A DNA stretch of 64,000 bases from a virus (IMGVR_UViG_3300032216_000524:12035-76034), one strand, 5' to 3'. Counted from the first letter of the stretch, positions 18,365 to 28,512 are shown. The notes: a model not told the origin generated them from the letters alone. Program-made: numbers and translations.

Positions 18365-21300
18365 TTAGTTTCCTAACTTTGCTTTTAATTCGTCGATTTG
18401 TTTTTGCTGGTCTTTGATAGACTCAATCAAGTAAGCAATCAACTTAGTATATTGGATACCAGAAGTATTTCCTTCTTGATCGTACTCGATAACTTCAGGA
18501 ATAATTGGAGCAACCTGTTCAGCGATAAGACCAGCTTGTTTTCCAGTTCCGTGAATTGCATCGATCCAATCGAAGTTTACACCATTCAACTGAAGAACAG
18601 AACCCAAAGCATTGTTCAACGGAGTGATGTTTGTCTTGAATCTTTCTGAAGAAGTTTCAGTCAACGCAACAGTAGAAAGTGTACCAGTCGAAGCATTGAA
18701 TGTTAATTTACTACTTGATATTTTTGCAGTTGTCAATGATCCAGAAGACGAAGTCGACATTGTTGGATATAAAGTGGTAGTGCTAGTATCATCAGACAGT
18801 GTAGCACCTGCTGCTGCCCAAGAAAGAGTTCCTGAACCATTCGTTACAAGAGCGTATCCACTAGTACCATCTGCTGAAGGTAGAGTATATGTTGCAGTAC
18901 CTGCTGCAGCTGGAGCAACGAATTTGACAGAACCAGAAGAAGAACCTTTAAGAGCCAAAGTTCCGTTCAAGTTTGTAGTTGCACCAGATGCTGCACCAAT
19001 GTTTAATGTAGTAGCAGCACCTGCAAAGTTGACTGTAGTTGCAGTAGTATTCACAAGAGCAAAAGTACTACTATCAGTAATTAACGATGTGGTGATTGTT
19101 GGGCTAGTTCCGAATACTAATGAACCAGAACCAGTTTCATCAGAGATAATACCAGCCAATTCTGAAGAAGAGGTTGCAGCGAATACAGAAAGTTTATTGC
19201 TTGTAGTAGCAAGAGTCGCAGATGCGTCTGGTAATGTAAATGTCTTTTCTGATGTTGTTGGACCAGTAAACTTAGTAAATCCGTTACCAGTACCACCATA
19301 AGTAGAAGCAATGACTTGAGTCAAAGCTGCAGAACCATCAAAGTTATTACCGTAGATAGAACGAGCAGTAGTAAGAGTTGCAGCTGAACCATCGATACTA
19401 GTAATACCAGTCAATGACTGTGAAGCAGAAGATCTATTGATAGCAATTGAAGTTGTACCAAGATAGAATGTTTGATTGTTTAACGCAACAGTACCAGTTG
19501 TGCTTGGTAGAGTAATTGTAGTTGAATCAGTACCAGCAAGAGTGATTGTATTATTAACAGTGAATGTTTTACCATCAGCAACAGCAAGAGTTGAACCAGT
19601 TGCTGGCGCAGTGATTGCCATTTTGTTAATAGATGTAGCAGAAGCAACCCCAAGAGATGGAGTTGTTAGTGATGGGCTAGTTCCGAATACAAATGCGCCA
19701 GTACCAGTTGCGCCAGTAGAAGTTACACCTTCAATAGTTGGGTGTCCAGTAATTGTTGGAGAAGCATCAAATACAAACTTACCAGTACCAGTTGCACCAG
19801 TAGAAGTAACACCTTCAATAGTTGGGTGACCAGTAATTGTTGGGCTGGCGCTAAGAACCATGCTACCAGTACCAGTAACAGAGTTAGAAAGAGTTACACC
19901 ACCATAAGTTAATGCAGCAGAGAATGTTCCGTTGGTTGCTGTAAGAGCGCCCATTTTAACTGCATCATATGTTGCACCAGTAAAACTTTGAGTAGTTCCA
20001 GCAACTGGATTATTAGTTGGAGCACTATAAAATTTCCAAGTAGCATCGGTATGATCTTTTAATAGACCAGTATATAGCGTAGTTCCAGCTGGTTTGTATT
20101 CACCAATTAAACCGATATCGTGTATATTTCCAGTAGCACCAGCATTAACATAAATTGCAGAATCTGCACCAGAAACTGTTGCAATAGAACCAGTACTTTG
20201 TGTTCCAGTAACATATAAGTTACCTGCAACATAAAGATCTTTACCGACATTAATTGCAGAACCAGAAGAAGTGGCACCAATATTCATTGTGGTAGCACCA
20301 CCACCAATATTTAATGTTGTGGCATTGGTATTGAATAATGTTGCAGTAGTTGAAGTAGTGGTGATGTCACCACCATTAACTGCGAGATCACCAGTGTTAG
20401 TTTGGTTACCTGTAACTTGCAGCGTTCCACCAACAGAAGCATTACTTGAAAGAGTAGCAACACCAGTCACACCCAGTGTGCCAGACATTGTAACACCTTC
20501 GGCACCATCGGTAGTAATTACTTTAAGGATACCAGTTTTTCCTGTAGCATCTAAAGATAAAGCAGAAGATACATTATCTTTCAATAACCATGTTTGTGCT
20601 GCGCCAGAGAATATATCTCCAGTATTCATATACAAAGCATAATTATTTAAAGCAGAACCAGAAGCGTCAGCATATAAGCCAACATTCAAACCACTAGCAT
20701 GTGTATCTGTGGCTAGACCACGAACACCTACAGCAGAACCAGTATCGCTAGTTGAGAAAACAATACCTTTACCAATTACACCTGCAGATTTTGTTGAACC
20801 TTTTGAAGTACCAGCACCATAAACACCAACACCCCATTGAGTAGAATCAGATCCAGAAGCAACACCCTCACCAACAACACCAACGATATATGGCTCAGTG
20901 TTACTTGTAGTTCCATTTGAAGAAATAAGTTTAGAATTTGGATAATCGCTTAATGACGCATCACTACCAACTAAAATAGTAGTAGCAGTTGCAGCACCGA
21001 GTACTGGAGTAATTAAAGTTGGAGAATTATCGAATACAAATCTACCAGTACCAGTTGCACCAGTAACAGTAACTCCTTCGATAGTCGCATGACCAGTAAT
21101 TGTTGGATTACCGATTGAAGGAGAAGCATCAAATACAAACTTACCAGTACCAGTTGCACCAGTAGAAGTAACACCTTCTGCAGTGATATGGCCAGTAACA
21201 GATAATGTTCCATCTAATGTAGCATTACCGTGAACACGAAGTTGTTTTGCAATACCAACACCACCATCAACAATCAATGCACCATTTGTGTATGCAGTTG

Positions 21301-23047
21301 ATTCTGTTGTTTGTAATAGGTGTGCTGTAGTAGTAGTTAATGTTGCAGTATTTGTATTGTCATTGTAGAAGTATAAAGTATTATCGCCAGCGCCAACAGT
21401 TGCTTCAGCGAGAATATATGTTTTCTGATCAACAGACTTAACGCCACCCAATGAACCCCAAGAGGCAGCAGCATAACCTTCAAAAGTTGAAAGGTCAGTA
21501 TTATAACGAACCTGACCAGTTACTCCAGTTGGTCGTTGAGCAGTTGTGCCGACAGGTAATTGAACAGACTTAACGCTATTGAATACTGTCTGAGCATTAT
21601 TAACAGTTAATGTTCCAGTTGCAGCACCGATGCTGATAGTAGTACCAGCACCAAAAGCATTAACAGTTGTTGCAGTTGTATTGATTACATTAAATGTAGT
21701 TTGGTTGGTAGTTAAATCACCACCTTTAATCTGAACATCACCATTAACAGTTAAGTCATATCCAACTGTTGTAGTTCCTGAAGATGTAGAACCGATGTTA
21801 GTTGTAGTTGAAGCACCACCAACATTAAGAGTAGTTGCAGTAGTGTTCAGTAAATTGAATGTAGTTTGGTTGGTAGTTAAATCACCACCTTTAACCTGAA
21901 CATCACCATCAACTGTTAAATCGTGTTTAACATTAGCATCATAGCCGATAGTTGTAGTACCAGAAGATGTAGAACCGATCGCAGTTGTAGTTGCTGAGTC
22001 ACCAATAGTGATTGAAGTTTGACCATCAGCCAATACTTTAGTCGCTTCAAGAACTTTAGTATTTGCAATTTTAAATTGTTTACCAGAAGCGATATTCCAA
22101 TGTTCGCTTGAAGTCCAATTAGAGTTTGAACTATCCCAGATAATTGTTTTATCTGTATCACCCTTAAGAGTAATACCACCACCATTCGCAGTAGTATCAG
22201 TAGGTGTAGCTACAGAACCTAATTCAATATTTTTATCATCAATTGTGATAGTTGTTGAGTTTACAGTAGTTGTTGTTCCATTTACTGTAAGGTTACCAGT
22301 AATAACTGTATTACCAGTTACAGCTAAGTCAGAACCAACATAAAGTTTTTTGGCAATACCAACACCACCAGCAACTCTCAACACACCAGTAGTAGTTGAA
22401 GATGCATCAGTAGTACCAGTAATATAGAACGAAGCCATTCCATCGATAGCAGTATATGTGCTACCCAATGTCATTGCAGTTGTGCCGATTGTAAATCCAG
22501 GATTTACCCAGTCAGGTGCAGTTGATGCTCCAGTTGAACGAAGCACATAACCAGTGGCTCCTGGGGCGATAAATCCAGTAGTATTAGCATCAGCCTGATA
22601 CATCAAATAACCAGCAGAACCACCAGCAATGTTAGTAGCAGTAGTTGCGGTAGTAGCAGTACCAGTAGAAAGAGCAGAAGCATTAACCCAAGTTGGTCCA
22701 GAAGTTCCACCAGATGTTAAAACCTGTCCAGAACTACCAGCAAGAGATAAACCAAAAGAAGAACCTTGAGAGTAAACAATAGCACCCGCAACACCAGTAA
22801 GAGCAGCACCAGTACCACCGTATCCTAAACCAATCGCATTACCGTTCCATACAGTATTGGAACCCATTGTTTTATTGGTAAAGGTTTGGGTAGCTGTTAG
22901 AGTTGGAACCTGTCTACCACCGACAGTAGTACCATCGTGGATTCGAATTGTCCATTGTTCGGTATCTACCGTGAATTCACCCTGCGCTCCTGTGAACGCA
23001 TTATTTTGTGAGGTAGTTCCTCGTCTAAACTGTACTTGGGTTGCCAT
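18365..23047 (-). CDS. Long tail fibre (1560 aa) with Mtd_N-type N-terminus and C-terminal Peptidase_S74 intramolecular chaperone
   Basis: N-terminus QVQFRRGTT.QNNAFTGAQGE.TVDT...IRIHDG; Thr/Gly-rich repeats; C-terminal SSERFKTNI...L.GV.FDW...GLIAEQV...Y.KLIAYLIESIK. Confidence 0.88.
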   Translation of the reverse strand: MATQVQFRRGTTSQNNAFTGAQGEFTVDTEQWTIRIHDGTTVGGRQVPTLTATQTFTNKTMGSNTVWNGNAIGLGYGGTGAALTGVAGAIVYSQGSSFGLSLAGSSGQVLTSGGTSGPTWVNASALSTGTATTATTATNIAGGSAGYLMYQADANTTGFIAPGATGYVLRSTGASTAPDWVNPGFTIGTTAMTLGSTYTAIDGMASFYITGTTDASSTTTGVLRVAGGVGIAKKLYVGSDLAVTGNTVITGNLTVNGTTTTVNSTTITIDDKNIELGSVATPTDTTANGGGITLKGDTDKTIIWDSSNSNWTSSEHWNIASGKQFKIANTKVLEATKVLADGQTSITIGDSATTTAIGSTSSGTTTIGYDANVKHDLTVDGDVQVKGGDLTTNQTTFNLLNTTATTLNVGGASTTTNIGSTSSGTTTVGYDLTVNGDVQIKGGDLTTNQTTFNVINTTATTVNAFGAGTTISIGAATGTLTVNNAQTVFNSVKSVQLPVGTTAQRPTGVTGQVRYNTDLSTFEGYAAASWGSLGGVKSVDQKTYILAEATVGAGDNTLYFYNDNTNTATLTTTTAHLLQTTESTAYTNGALIVDGGVGIAKQLRVHGNATLDGTLSVTGHITAEGVTSTGATGTGKFVFDASPSIGNPTITGHATIEGVTVTGATGTGRFVFDNSPTLITPVLGAATATTILVGSDASLSDYPNSKLISSNGTTSNTEPYIVGVVGEGVASGSDSTQWGVGVYGAGTSKGSTKSAGVIGKGIVFSTSDTGSAVGVRGLATDTHASGLNVGLYADASGSALNNYALYMNTGDIFSGAAQTWLLKDNVSSALSLDATGKTGILKVITTDGAEGVTMSGTLGVTGVATLSSNASVGGTLQVTGNQTNTGDLAVNGGDITTTSTTATLFNTNATTLNIGGGATTMNIGATSSGSAINVGKDLYVAGNLYVTGTQSTGSIATVSGADSAIYVNAGATGNIHDIGLIGEYKPAGTTLYTGLLKDHTDATWKFYSAPTNNPVAGTTQSFTGATYDAVKMGALTATNGTFSAALTYGGVTLSNSVTGTGSMVLSASPTITGHPTIEGVTSTGATGTGKFVFDASPTITGHPTIEGVTSTGATGTGAFVFGTSPSLTTPSLGVASATSINKMAITAPATGSTLAVADGKTFTVNNTITLAGTDSTTITLPSTTGTVALNNQTFYLGTTSIAINRSSASQSLTGITSIDGSAATLTTARSIYGNNFDGSAALTQVIASTYGGTGNGFTKFTGPTTSEKTFTLPDASATLATTSNKLSVFAATSSSELAGIISDETGSGSLVFGTSPTITTSLITDSSTFALVNTTATTVNFAGAATTLNIGAASGATTNLNGTLALKGSSSGSVKFVAPAAAGTATYTLPSADGTSGYALVTNGSGTLSWAAAGATLSDDTSTTTLYPTMSTSSSGSLTTAKISSSKLTFNASTGTLSTVALTETSSERFKTNITPLNNALGSVLQLNGVNFDWIDAIHGTGKQAGLIAEQVAPIIPEVIEYDQEGNTSGIQYTKLIAYLIESIKDQQKQIDELKAKLGN
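19670..21200 (-). repeat. Dispersed coding repeat H(P/A)TIEGVTSTGATGTG(K/A/R)FVF in the 1560-aa fibre
   Basis: Four copies in two pairs (about 19670-19850 and 21020-21200), with near-identical DNA such as aatacaaacttaccagtaccagttgcaccagtagaagtaacacct. Confidence 0.85.
21690..21970 (-). repeat. Tandem coding duplication GDVQ(V/I)KGGDLTTNQTTFN in the 1560-aa fibre
   Basis: Two copies with shared DNA tgtagtttggttggtagttaaatcaccacctttaa; a third degenerate copy (GDLAVNGGDITTTSTT) lies at about 20340-20400. Confidence 0.8.
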
Positions 23048-23070
23048 TTAAAAGTTCCTCTAATTTTGTA

Positions 23071-23077
23071 TATTTAT
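23071..23077 (-). promoter_or_regulatory. Late promoter (ATAAATA) upstream of the 1560-aa fibre
   Basis: ATAAATA overlapping the upstream stop codon, followed by an AGAGGA RBS. Confidence 0.6.
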
Positions 23078-26000
23078 GCCTGTGCTTCTGACCAGAATAA
23101 GTTAATGTTTACAGCAGCTGCAGTACCATCAACAACATTAATAGTACCTGCCATAGTATAATGGCGTGAGCAGTTGTAGTATAAGATATCTGGAGCGTCA
23201 GTAGGTACTGTCCAGGTAATTGTTCCGACAGCAGCTCCATTATTAGTTACTCCATCATTGTATGCATCACCAGTACCAGTTGATTGTACTGTTTTAATAT
23301 AAAATGGATGTCCAAGAGCATTCATGTCAAATGTATATGTCTGTCCTCGAACAACAGTAATTGTTGGGTTTCCATAACCATTTAAACTATACTTACCATA
23401 TCTTTCAATAACCTCGTAAGATGTAACACCAATAGGTAGTGGTTTAACAACGATTGATAAAGTATCTGGACCATCAGGGAAATTACCATAACCACCAATA
23501 GCAGAGTTAGATAATTCTTTAAGGTTTGATAAATCAATCTCAGAGAATCCGTCTGGTTGTCCTAGCGTGGAGAAAATTTGTTCTCCTGGTTCTGCTGCAT
23601 ATGGTAATCCATTTGAAACTTGAGCGAACGATGGTTGAGATCCCAACATTACTGTGTTTACAGAATCCCAATTTAAATCTGTTGCGGAATCAATATTTCC
23701 TGGATTCAAAATACCATATACCTGAACAGATTGGTTAGATTGAACTTGTAATTTTTGAAGCAATAATTGTGAACGATTAACTAAGTCTCGATCTCCAAGA
23801 TTGCCAGAAATCGAATTTGATACAGCTGGCGCCAATCTTAGTGAGAACACTGTACGAGAATCGCCAACAGGAATAATTTGACTCAAAGCCGAGTATGAGA
23901 AGTAGTATCCACGATCTTGATCAAAACCACCATCCATAATATAAGAAGAACCCCAGTGGTTTAATGTTGGAGATGCAGTGCAACTAATTAGTAATACAGA
24001 ATTGTGTCCATTACCATAAGAATGGGCTACTGCTGAACCACCAGTAAATGATTTATTTGTTCCACCTAAGAATAATTGGAATGTTGCCCCACGAGTACAG
24101 TTTAACAATTCATTTGTTGACATATCCACACCAGTGAATTTTATACATTCATTTTGAATAAGAACGACACCACCATTTACTGGAAAACGAGATACATCCT
24201 TAAGAGGAATTGTTGTAGCAGAATCGCTAATTGAGTCGGCCAATTCTCCGTTCACGGATTCATTGATGGTTTGATAACGAACCGCAGAGTTCCCAGAACG
24301 CATGTAGGCTTCATCATTCACATTGTTCTGTTTCATACGGTGAGCAAGAATCATATTGCCATCTGGTCCACGACACATAAAGTCAATGAAACCAGCACCA
24401 TACCACGAGAACGAAATTCCCATCATTTGCATTTTGTTCAGGTTAATATTATAACCAGAGATACCAGTTCCATCCAGCGAATCAATATTAAACTCTGACT
24501 GAGGAACACGATAATCAATAATTGTTGATAATTTAATACCCGAAGATCCATGGACACCACGATAAGCTGGATTGATTGTCATGGAGTTATCATCAGTGAT
24601 AGACCCAACCATGTATGTCATACCACGAATAACAATTCTGTCACCAACTTTTAATTGTTGAGTAAATCGACCAGATGTTGCTGTGACAGCTTGAGATCCT
24701 GGATTTACAGTACAGAAACCAGAAATTTGATATGTTGAAGAACGCTTAATAACTGCTAGTTCTTTACCATCAAATTCCCAAAACAATCCGTTCTGATCAT
24801 CAAACGCACCCATTCGAACGGATGCTCCATGCCAATATTTTAAAGTAACACGAGGTAAATTTGTAATTACTGCACTGGTACTTCCTAATGAAGTTGAAGC
24901 AACAAGAGTGAAAGTGTTTTCACTAAGAATTGTATTAACGCCATATGTTCCATTATAACCCTCAGTAACAACACCAGCAATTTCGATAACAGCACCAACT
25001 TGTAGTCCATGATCTAATTCTGTTGTAACTGTAATGAGAGATCCTGGAGCAGTTGCTGAAGCAGAAATTTGATCAAGATTCATAACAGGGTTAAACAAAA
25101 CACCTGATGTCCAAAGAATACCTTTACCAGATTGGTAACGCATGTATTTTTTAGTTTGACGAGAAACTGATGCTCCATGAGACGGAAGGAAGTTACCCAA
25201 TTGAACACCACCATCAAAAGGGCGATGTAAAACAAATGCATCAGAACGAGTATGCAATACAATATTGATATTACTGTTGGCAACTACTCCACCAACACGA
25301 GCAGTAAATGTAAATGTATTTTGAGATGGAACTGTTTCTGCAAAGAAATTACCAGTTAGCAAACCGTAATTTCCACCACTTCCCGTACTCACACCAACCA
25401 AAGGAGCACCTGGAACTAAACCATGGTTTGCTGAACAGGTTATTGTAATTCTAGAAGGGTTTGCTTCATCTGAAACTGCAGTATATACGGGTATCTGAGA
25501 GCCAGCATAAAAACCTCCACGACGACCATAAGCAGATCCACCGTATAAAGACAACCCACTGGTTCCAACAATACCTTTAGCATAGTAGGTAAAAGTATTA
25601 TCGTCTGGAACTGTGGCGATAACGAAAGCACCTTCAGCACGAGCGTAATTTGGTGTTCCTGTTAAACCATAAATGATAACAGGATCTGCCACGGATAATC
25701 CATGAGGCGCAGAAGTTGTGACTGTAATCGTTGACGGAGATGAACCATCAGTTGTAATATTAGACAAAAATAAGTCAAGACCTGGTTTTTCATAAATTCC
25801 AGGAATGTTACGAATCTCTGTATAGTTCTGCCACTTAGTTGGTTGTAATCCATATTCAAAGTCAGCGTCAATTAGTGACTGTGGATTAGCAACACGCATA
25901 CGCTCAATAGCGTCTACACCAAAAGCGTAGGGGCGAACAATATTACCAGTTTGTTTTGGAGCATCTGTATAAATCGCAATAGCGTCAGATGATGACATAT

Positions 26001-26250
26001 CAGATGTATCATAGTTAAATGTTACAGTAGTAACACCAACCTGCTCACTAAAGAATCCAGCATCTTCGGCTGGATCATAAACAACAGTACCGCCACGAGT
26101 TGGATCGCCAATCGCATAAATGTTATTTTGCGAAGTTTTGTTTGCAATAATCAATAACTGTGTTGCATTGCATTTCCCAGGAAACTTTACATATCCTGCG
26201 TTCGCAACATCTGGTACAAATATATACTTTTCAACTAATTGGCGAGCCAT
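23074..26250 (-). CDS. Large virion structural protein (1058 aa) with HGL-type beta modules and a C-terminal cupredoxin-like domain
   Basis: Repeated T..PHGL/NHGL/DHGL modules; C-terminal TITVVRGQTYTF...GHPF...YYNCSRHYTMAGTINV; located in the late structural operon. Confidence 0.75.
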   Translation of the reverse strand: MARQLVEKYIFVPDVANAGYVKFPGKCNATQLLIIANKTSQNNIYAIGDPTRGGTVVYDPAEDAGFFSEQVGVTTVTFNYDTSDMSSSDAIAIYTDAPKQTGNIVRPYAFGVDAIERMRVANPQSLIDADFEYGLQPTKWQNYTEIRNIPGIYEKPGLDLFLSNITTDGSSPSTITVTTSAPHGLSVADPVIIYGLTGTPNYARAEGAFVIATVPDDNTFTYYAKGIVGTSGLSLYGGSAYGRRGGFYAGSQIPVYTAVSDEANPSRITITCSANHGLVPGAPLVGVSTGSGGNYGLLTGNFFAETVPSQNTFTFTARVGGVVANSNINIVLHTRSDAFVLHRPFDGGVQLGNFLPSHGASVSRQTKKYMRYQSGKGILWTSGVLFNPVMNLDQISASATAPGSLITVTTELDHGLQVGAVIEIAGVVTEGYNGTYGVNTILSENTFTLVASTSLGSTSAVITNLPRVTLKYWHGASVRMGAFDDQNGLFWEFDGKELAVIKRSSTYQISGFCTVNPGSQAVTATSGRFTQQLKVGDRIVIRGMTYMVGSITDDNSMTINPAYRGVHGSSGIKLSTIIDYRVPQSEFNIDSLDGTGISGYNINLNKMQMMGISFSWYGAGFIDFMCRGPDGNMILAHRMKQNNVNDEAYMRSGNSAVRYQTINESVNGELADSISDSATTIPLKDVSRFPVNGGVVLIQNECIKFTGVDMSTNELLNCTRGATFQLFLGGTNKSFTGGSAVAHSYGNGHNSVLLISCTASPTLNHWGSSYIMDGGFDQDRGYYFSYSALSQIIPVGDSRTVFSLRLAPAVSNSISGNLGDRDLVNRSQLLLQKLQVQSNQSVQVYGILNPGNIDSATDLNWDSVNTVMLGSQPSFAQVSNGLPYAAEPGEQIFSTLGQPDGFSEIDLSNLKELSNSAIGGYGNFPDGPDTLSIVVKPLPIGVTSYEVIERYGKYSLNGYGNPTITVVRGQTYTFDMNALGHPFYIKTVQSTGTGDAYNDGVTNNGAAVGTITWTVPTDAPDILYYNCSRHYTMAGTINVVDGTAAAVNINLFWSEAQA

Positions 26251-26259
26251 TTTATTCCT

Positions 26260-26889
26260 TTAGAATCCAAAAATAATCGAGTAGCCGATGTAGTCAGCTT
26301 TAACCGATTGGTCAATATTTTTCAACGATACGATACCGTCTAATTGTAGACGACCCAAATCGTAAATCAATCCAGTAATATCAGTAATGAATCCAAGGTC
26401 TTCATCACCTACAAGAAAATCGTCCCAAACATATCCAAGATCCGTTTGTGCGTTGGTAGCAAAAACCGCAGAAGCAACCTGTGCAGTAGAGTCTGCGTTA
26501 ATCCAGATAGATCCAGTATACGCTAAAACTTGGTTTGCTGTTGGCGAACTGATAACAACATCAGTTAAAGAATCTAATGTTGAAACATCTTTAGTTACCC
26601 ATTGAACACCGCTGCTGGTAGAAGCCAAGACTTGACCAGATGTACCAACATTACCATCTTTGTCTTTTAATGGACCAGAGATAGAGGGAGATGCTAGGGT
26701 TTTGTTTGAGAGGGTTTGAGTGCCGTTTAGTGTAGCGACTGATACGATTGATTCAGTACCAGAAACGGACTTCTTGAAGAACAGGTTTCCATCGTATGTG
26801 TTTAATGCCAACTCACCTAACTGTATGTCAGTGGTTGCAGGTACTTTGGATGCGACTGCTGATCGCTTGAGTTTGACTGTGTTACTCAT
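26260..26889 (-). CDS. Short fibre/adaptor protein (209 aa)
   Basis: N-terminal VKLKRS...KVP..TD.QLGELALNTYDG.LF fibre-attachment-type motif; internal L..LTDV.I..P..NQVL.Y..S.W module. Confidence 0.75.
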   Translation of the reverse strand: MSNTVKLKRSAVASKVPATTDIQLGELALNTYDGNLFFKKSVSGTESIVSVATLNGTQTLSNKTLASPSISGPLKDKDGNVGTSGQVLASTSSGVQWVTKDVSTLDSLTDVVISSPTANQVLAYTGSIWINADSTAQVASAVFATNAQTDLGYVWDDFLVGDEDLGFITDITGLIYDLGRLQLDGIVSLKNIDQSVKADYIGYSIIFGF

Positions 26890-26898
26890 TATAACCTA

Positions 26899-26957
26899 TT
26901 CTATGTAGAACAAATACTCAGTATATACTGAGAAGAGATGGATTTAATCCACCTCTT
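26899..26957 (-). promoter_or_regulatory. Three adjacent inverted repeats in the leader of the 209-aa gene
   Basis: TTCTA-TG-TAGAA (26899-26910); perfect 16-bp palindrome CTCAGTATATACTGAG (26917-26932); 11-bp stem AAGAGGTGGAT/ATCCATCTCTT with a G.U pair on the minus strand (26933-26957). Confidence 0.7.
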
Positions 26958-26963
26958 ATTTAG
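26957..26963 (-). promoter_or_regulatory. Late promoter (CTAAATA)
   Basis: CTAAATA, with a second TTAAATA 10 nt upstream, in the gap between the 210-aa and 209-aa genes. Confidence 0.55.
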
Positions 26964-26982
26964 CATTATTTAATACGAGCAA

Positions 26983-27615
26983 TTAAGGTGTGTAATTACC
27001 GATCCAAGCAGAACCATTAACACTATACCAGAATTTTTGATTCACATTGTCAATCAAAAGATCAACAATGGTGCCATTTGTTTGGAAAGTTGGACCATTG
27101 GGATTTACCAGTGTAGCATTATCATAATACACTTCACCCTGATCGTAAACTGAAACCGCACTAGCATCTTGACCAAGATAGAAATCTAAATTAGGTTCAG
27201 TTGCCACACCAACAGCCATCCATACAGCAACACCTGGATAACTGGTCATTAGGAAACTAAACATTACTTTATCGTTAGGAGCAACAGTCGGAAGCAATAA
27301 CACTGAAGCAGTGGTATCATTTGCGCCATTTGCTGTAACAGTCCATGTATTGTTTTGAAATGCATTGCTACCAATAGAACCAATTGATGGTTCGTTTATA
27401 AAGGTATATCCAGTTGGCACATTATATTCTGCTGTAGTTTGAGCAACCCATTGACCAGCAATAACTCCATGATACACATTTAAAGCAGCACTAATAGTTA
27501 CGCCAGCACCAAGCATTGAAAAGGAAATACCTGGAGTTGTTGGGCTACCACGAGAGCCAGATGCTGGATGTTGGAAACCTGCGATTAGTGTTCCTGGACC
27601 GAATTTAATTGTCAT
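26983..27615 (-). CDS. Hypothetical virion-associated protein, possible SPRY/concanavalin-like C-terminal domain
   Basis: C-terminal AVGVA....LG.D...V.V...G.VYY...GP.F.T.G.IVDL.ID....K.WYSVNG.W pattern resembles SPRY beta-sandwich domains. Confidence 0.6.
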   Translation of the reverse strand: MTIKFGPGTLIAGFQHPASGSRGSPTTPGISFSMLGAGVTISAALNVYHGVIAGQWVAQTTAEYNVPTGYTFINEPSIGSIGSNAFQNNTWTVTANGANDTTASVLLLPTVAPNDKVMFSFLMTSYPGVAVWMAVGVATEPNLDFYLGQDASAVSVYDQGEVYYDNATLVNPNGPTFQTNGTIVDLLIDNVNQKFWYSVNGSAWIGNYTP

Positions 27616-27627
27616 TGTTTTCTCTCT

Positions 27628-28401
27628 TTATACTGCCCAAATATTAGTAAAATCAACACCGCCAAAATTGATGATTACATTTGTTTGATCATCAAAATTT
27701 CCTGTATATTGTATACTGATAGTATCATTAATGACATCGCTACCAGTATCATTCTTAGCATACCAAACCTCGCAAGTTTGAAAGAGACCAGCTTCACCAT
27801 TTCCTGCATCGTTGTAATATGACTTAGAAGATTTTTTAGTCCATGTTAAACCAGAAGATGAAGTAACTGAAACGATATTTCCATTAGAGTAGTCATGTCC
27901 TTCAACACCCATACATAAAACACCAAACTCAGTATTGTTTAAATTGTAACTAGAAAGAGATGATATGGAATTAGAATCAGTGCCGAATGAATGATATGAA
28001 CCAACTACAACAGGAGGAACTATACCAATTCCATTTAATACATGAATAACTGATACTGATCTACCGTTCAGATTATTGTTTATGGTAGAAGTTGCATTTG
28101 TAACTGCCGATGGATTTTCAAGCGTAGATGCCCAAATATATTCCCACCAATTTGCGCCATTGTTTTGCGCAACTTCTTGTCCTGTCCAACCATTGATATA
28201 TCCATCAGTTGAACCAGCACTATTATCTGAAGTAACAAAAGCAATAGAAGTTGAATACGCAGGAGCAGACCATGTTATTGAAGGTAAACCAGCCCCACCA
28301 TCATTATAACCATCAGTGACTGCATAATATGTTGGAGGAGTTCCGTACTGAGGAATCCCAGATGGTGCGCCTACCTGAAAACCAGAAATCTTAATAGTCA
28401 T
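27628..28401 (-). CDS. Hypothetical beta-rich protein (257 aa)
   Basis: Intact ORF in the fibre region; Gly/Ser/Thr/Asn/Trp-rich. Confidence 0.7.
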   Translation of the reverse strand: MTIKISGFQVGAPSGIPQYGTPPTYYAVTDGYNDGGAGLPSITWSAPAYSTSIAFVTSDNSAGSTDGYINGWTGQEVAQNNGANWWEYIWASTLENPSAVTNATSTINNNLNGRSVSVIHVLNGIGIVPPVVVGSYHSFGTDSNSISSLSSYNLNNTEFGVLCMGVEGHDYSNGNIVSVTSSSGLTWTKKSSKSYYNDAGNGEAGLFQTCEVWYAKNDTGSDVINDTISIQYTGNFDDQTNVIINFGGVDFTNIWAV

Positions 28402-28511
28402 TATTTGTTCTCACTTTGTTTTTGTTCAACTTTTTCTTTGAACTCTTGAATCTTTTCCTGATTCGCAGCAATATGCTCTTGCATTTTTTGTTTGATTTCT
28501 TCTTGCGTCAT
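28401..28511 (-). CDS. Small 36-aa charged helical peptide, below the ORF-track cutoff
   Basis: Manual translation MTQEEIKQKMQEHIAANQEKIQEFKEKVEQKQSENK. It starts 1 nt after the upstream stop, and its TAA overlaps the next ATG (TAATG). Confidence 0.65.
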   Translation of the reverse strand: MTQEEIKQKMQEHIAANQEKIQEFKEKVEQKQSENK

Positions 28512-28512
28512 T

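Noticed and set aside
18612-20642. Long plus-strand ORFs (229, 117, 123 aa and similar elsewhere)
   Set aside because: Antisense shadows of Thr/Ala/Gly-rich fibre codons (Val/Pro/Ala-rich products, no RBS or motifs); the same applies to plus-strand ORFs across the window.
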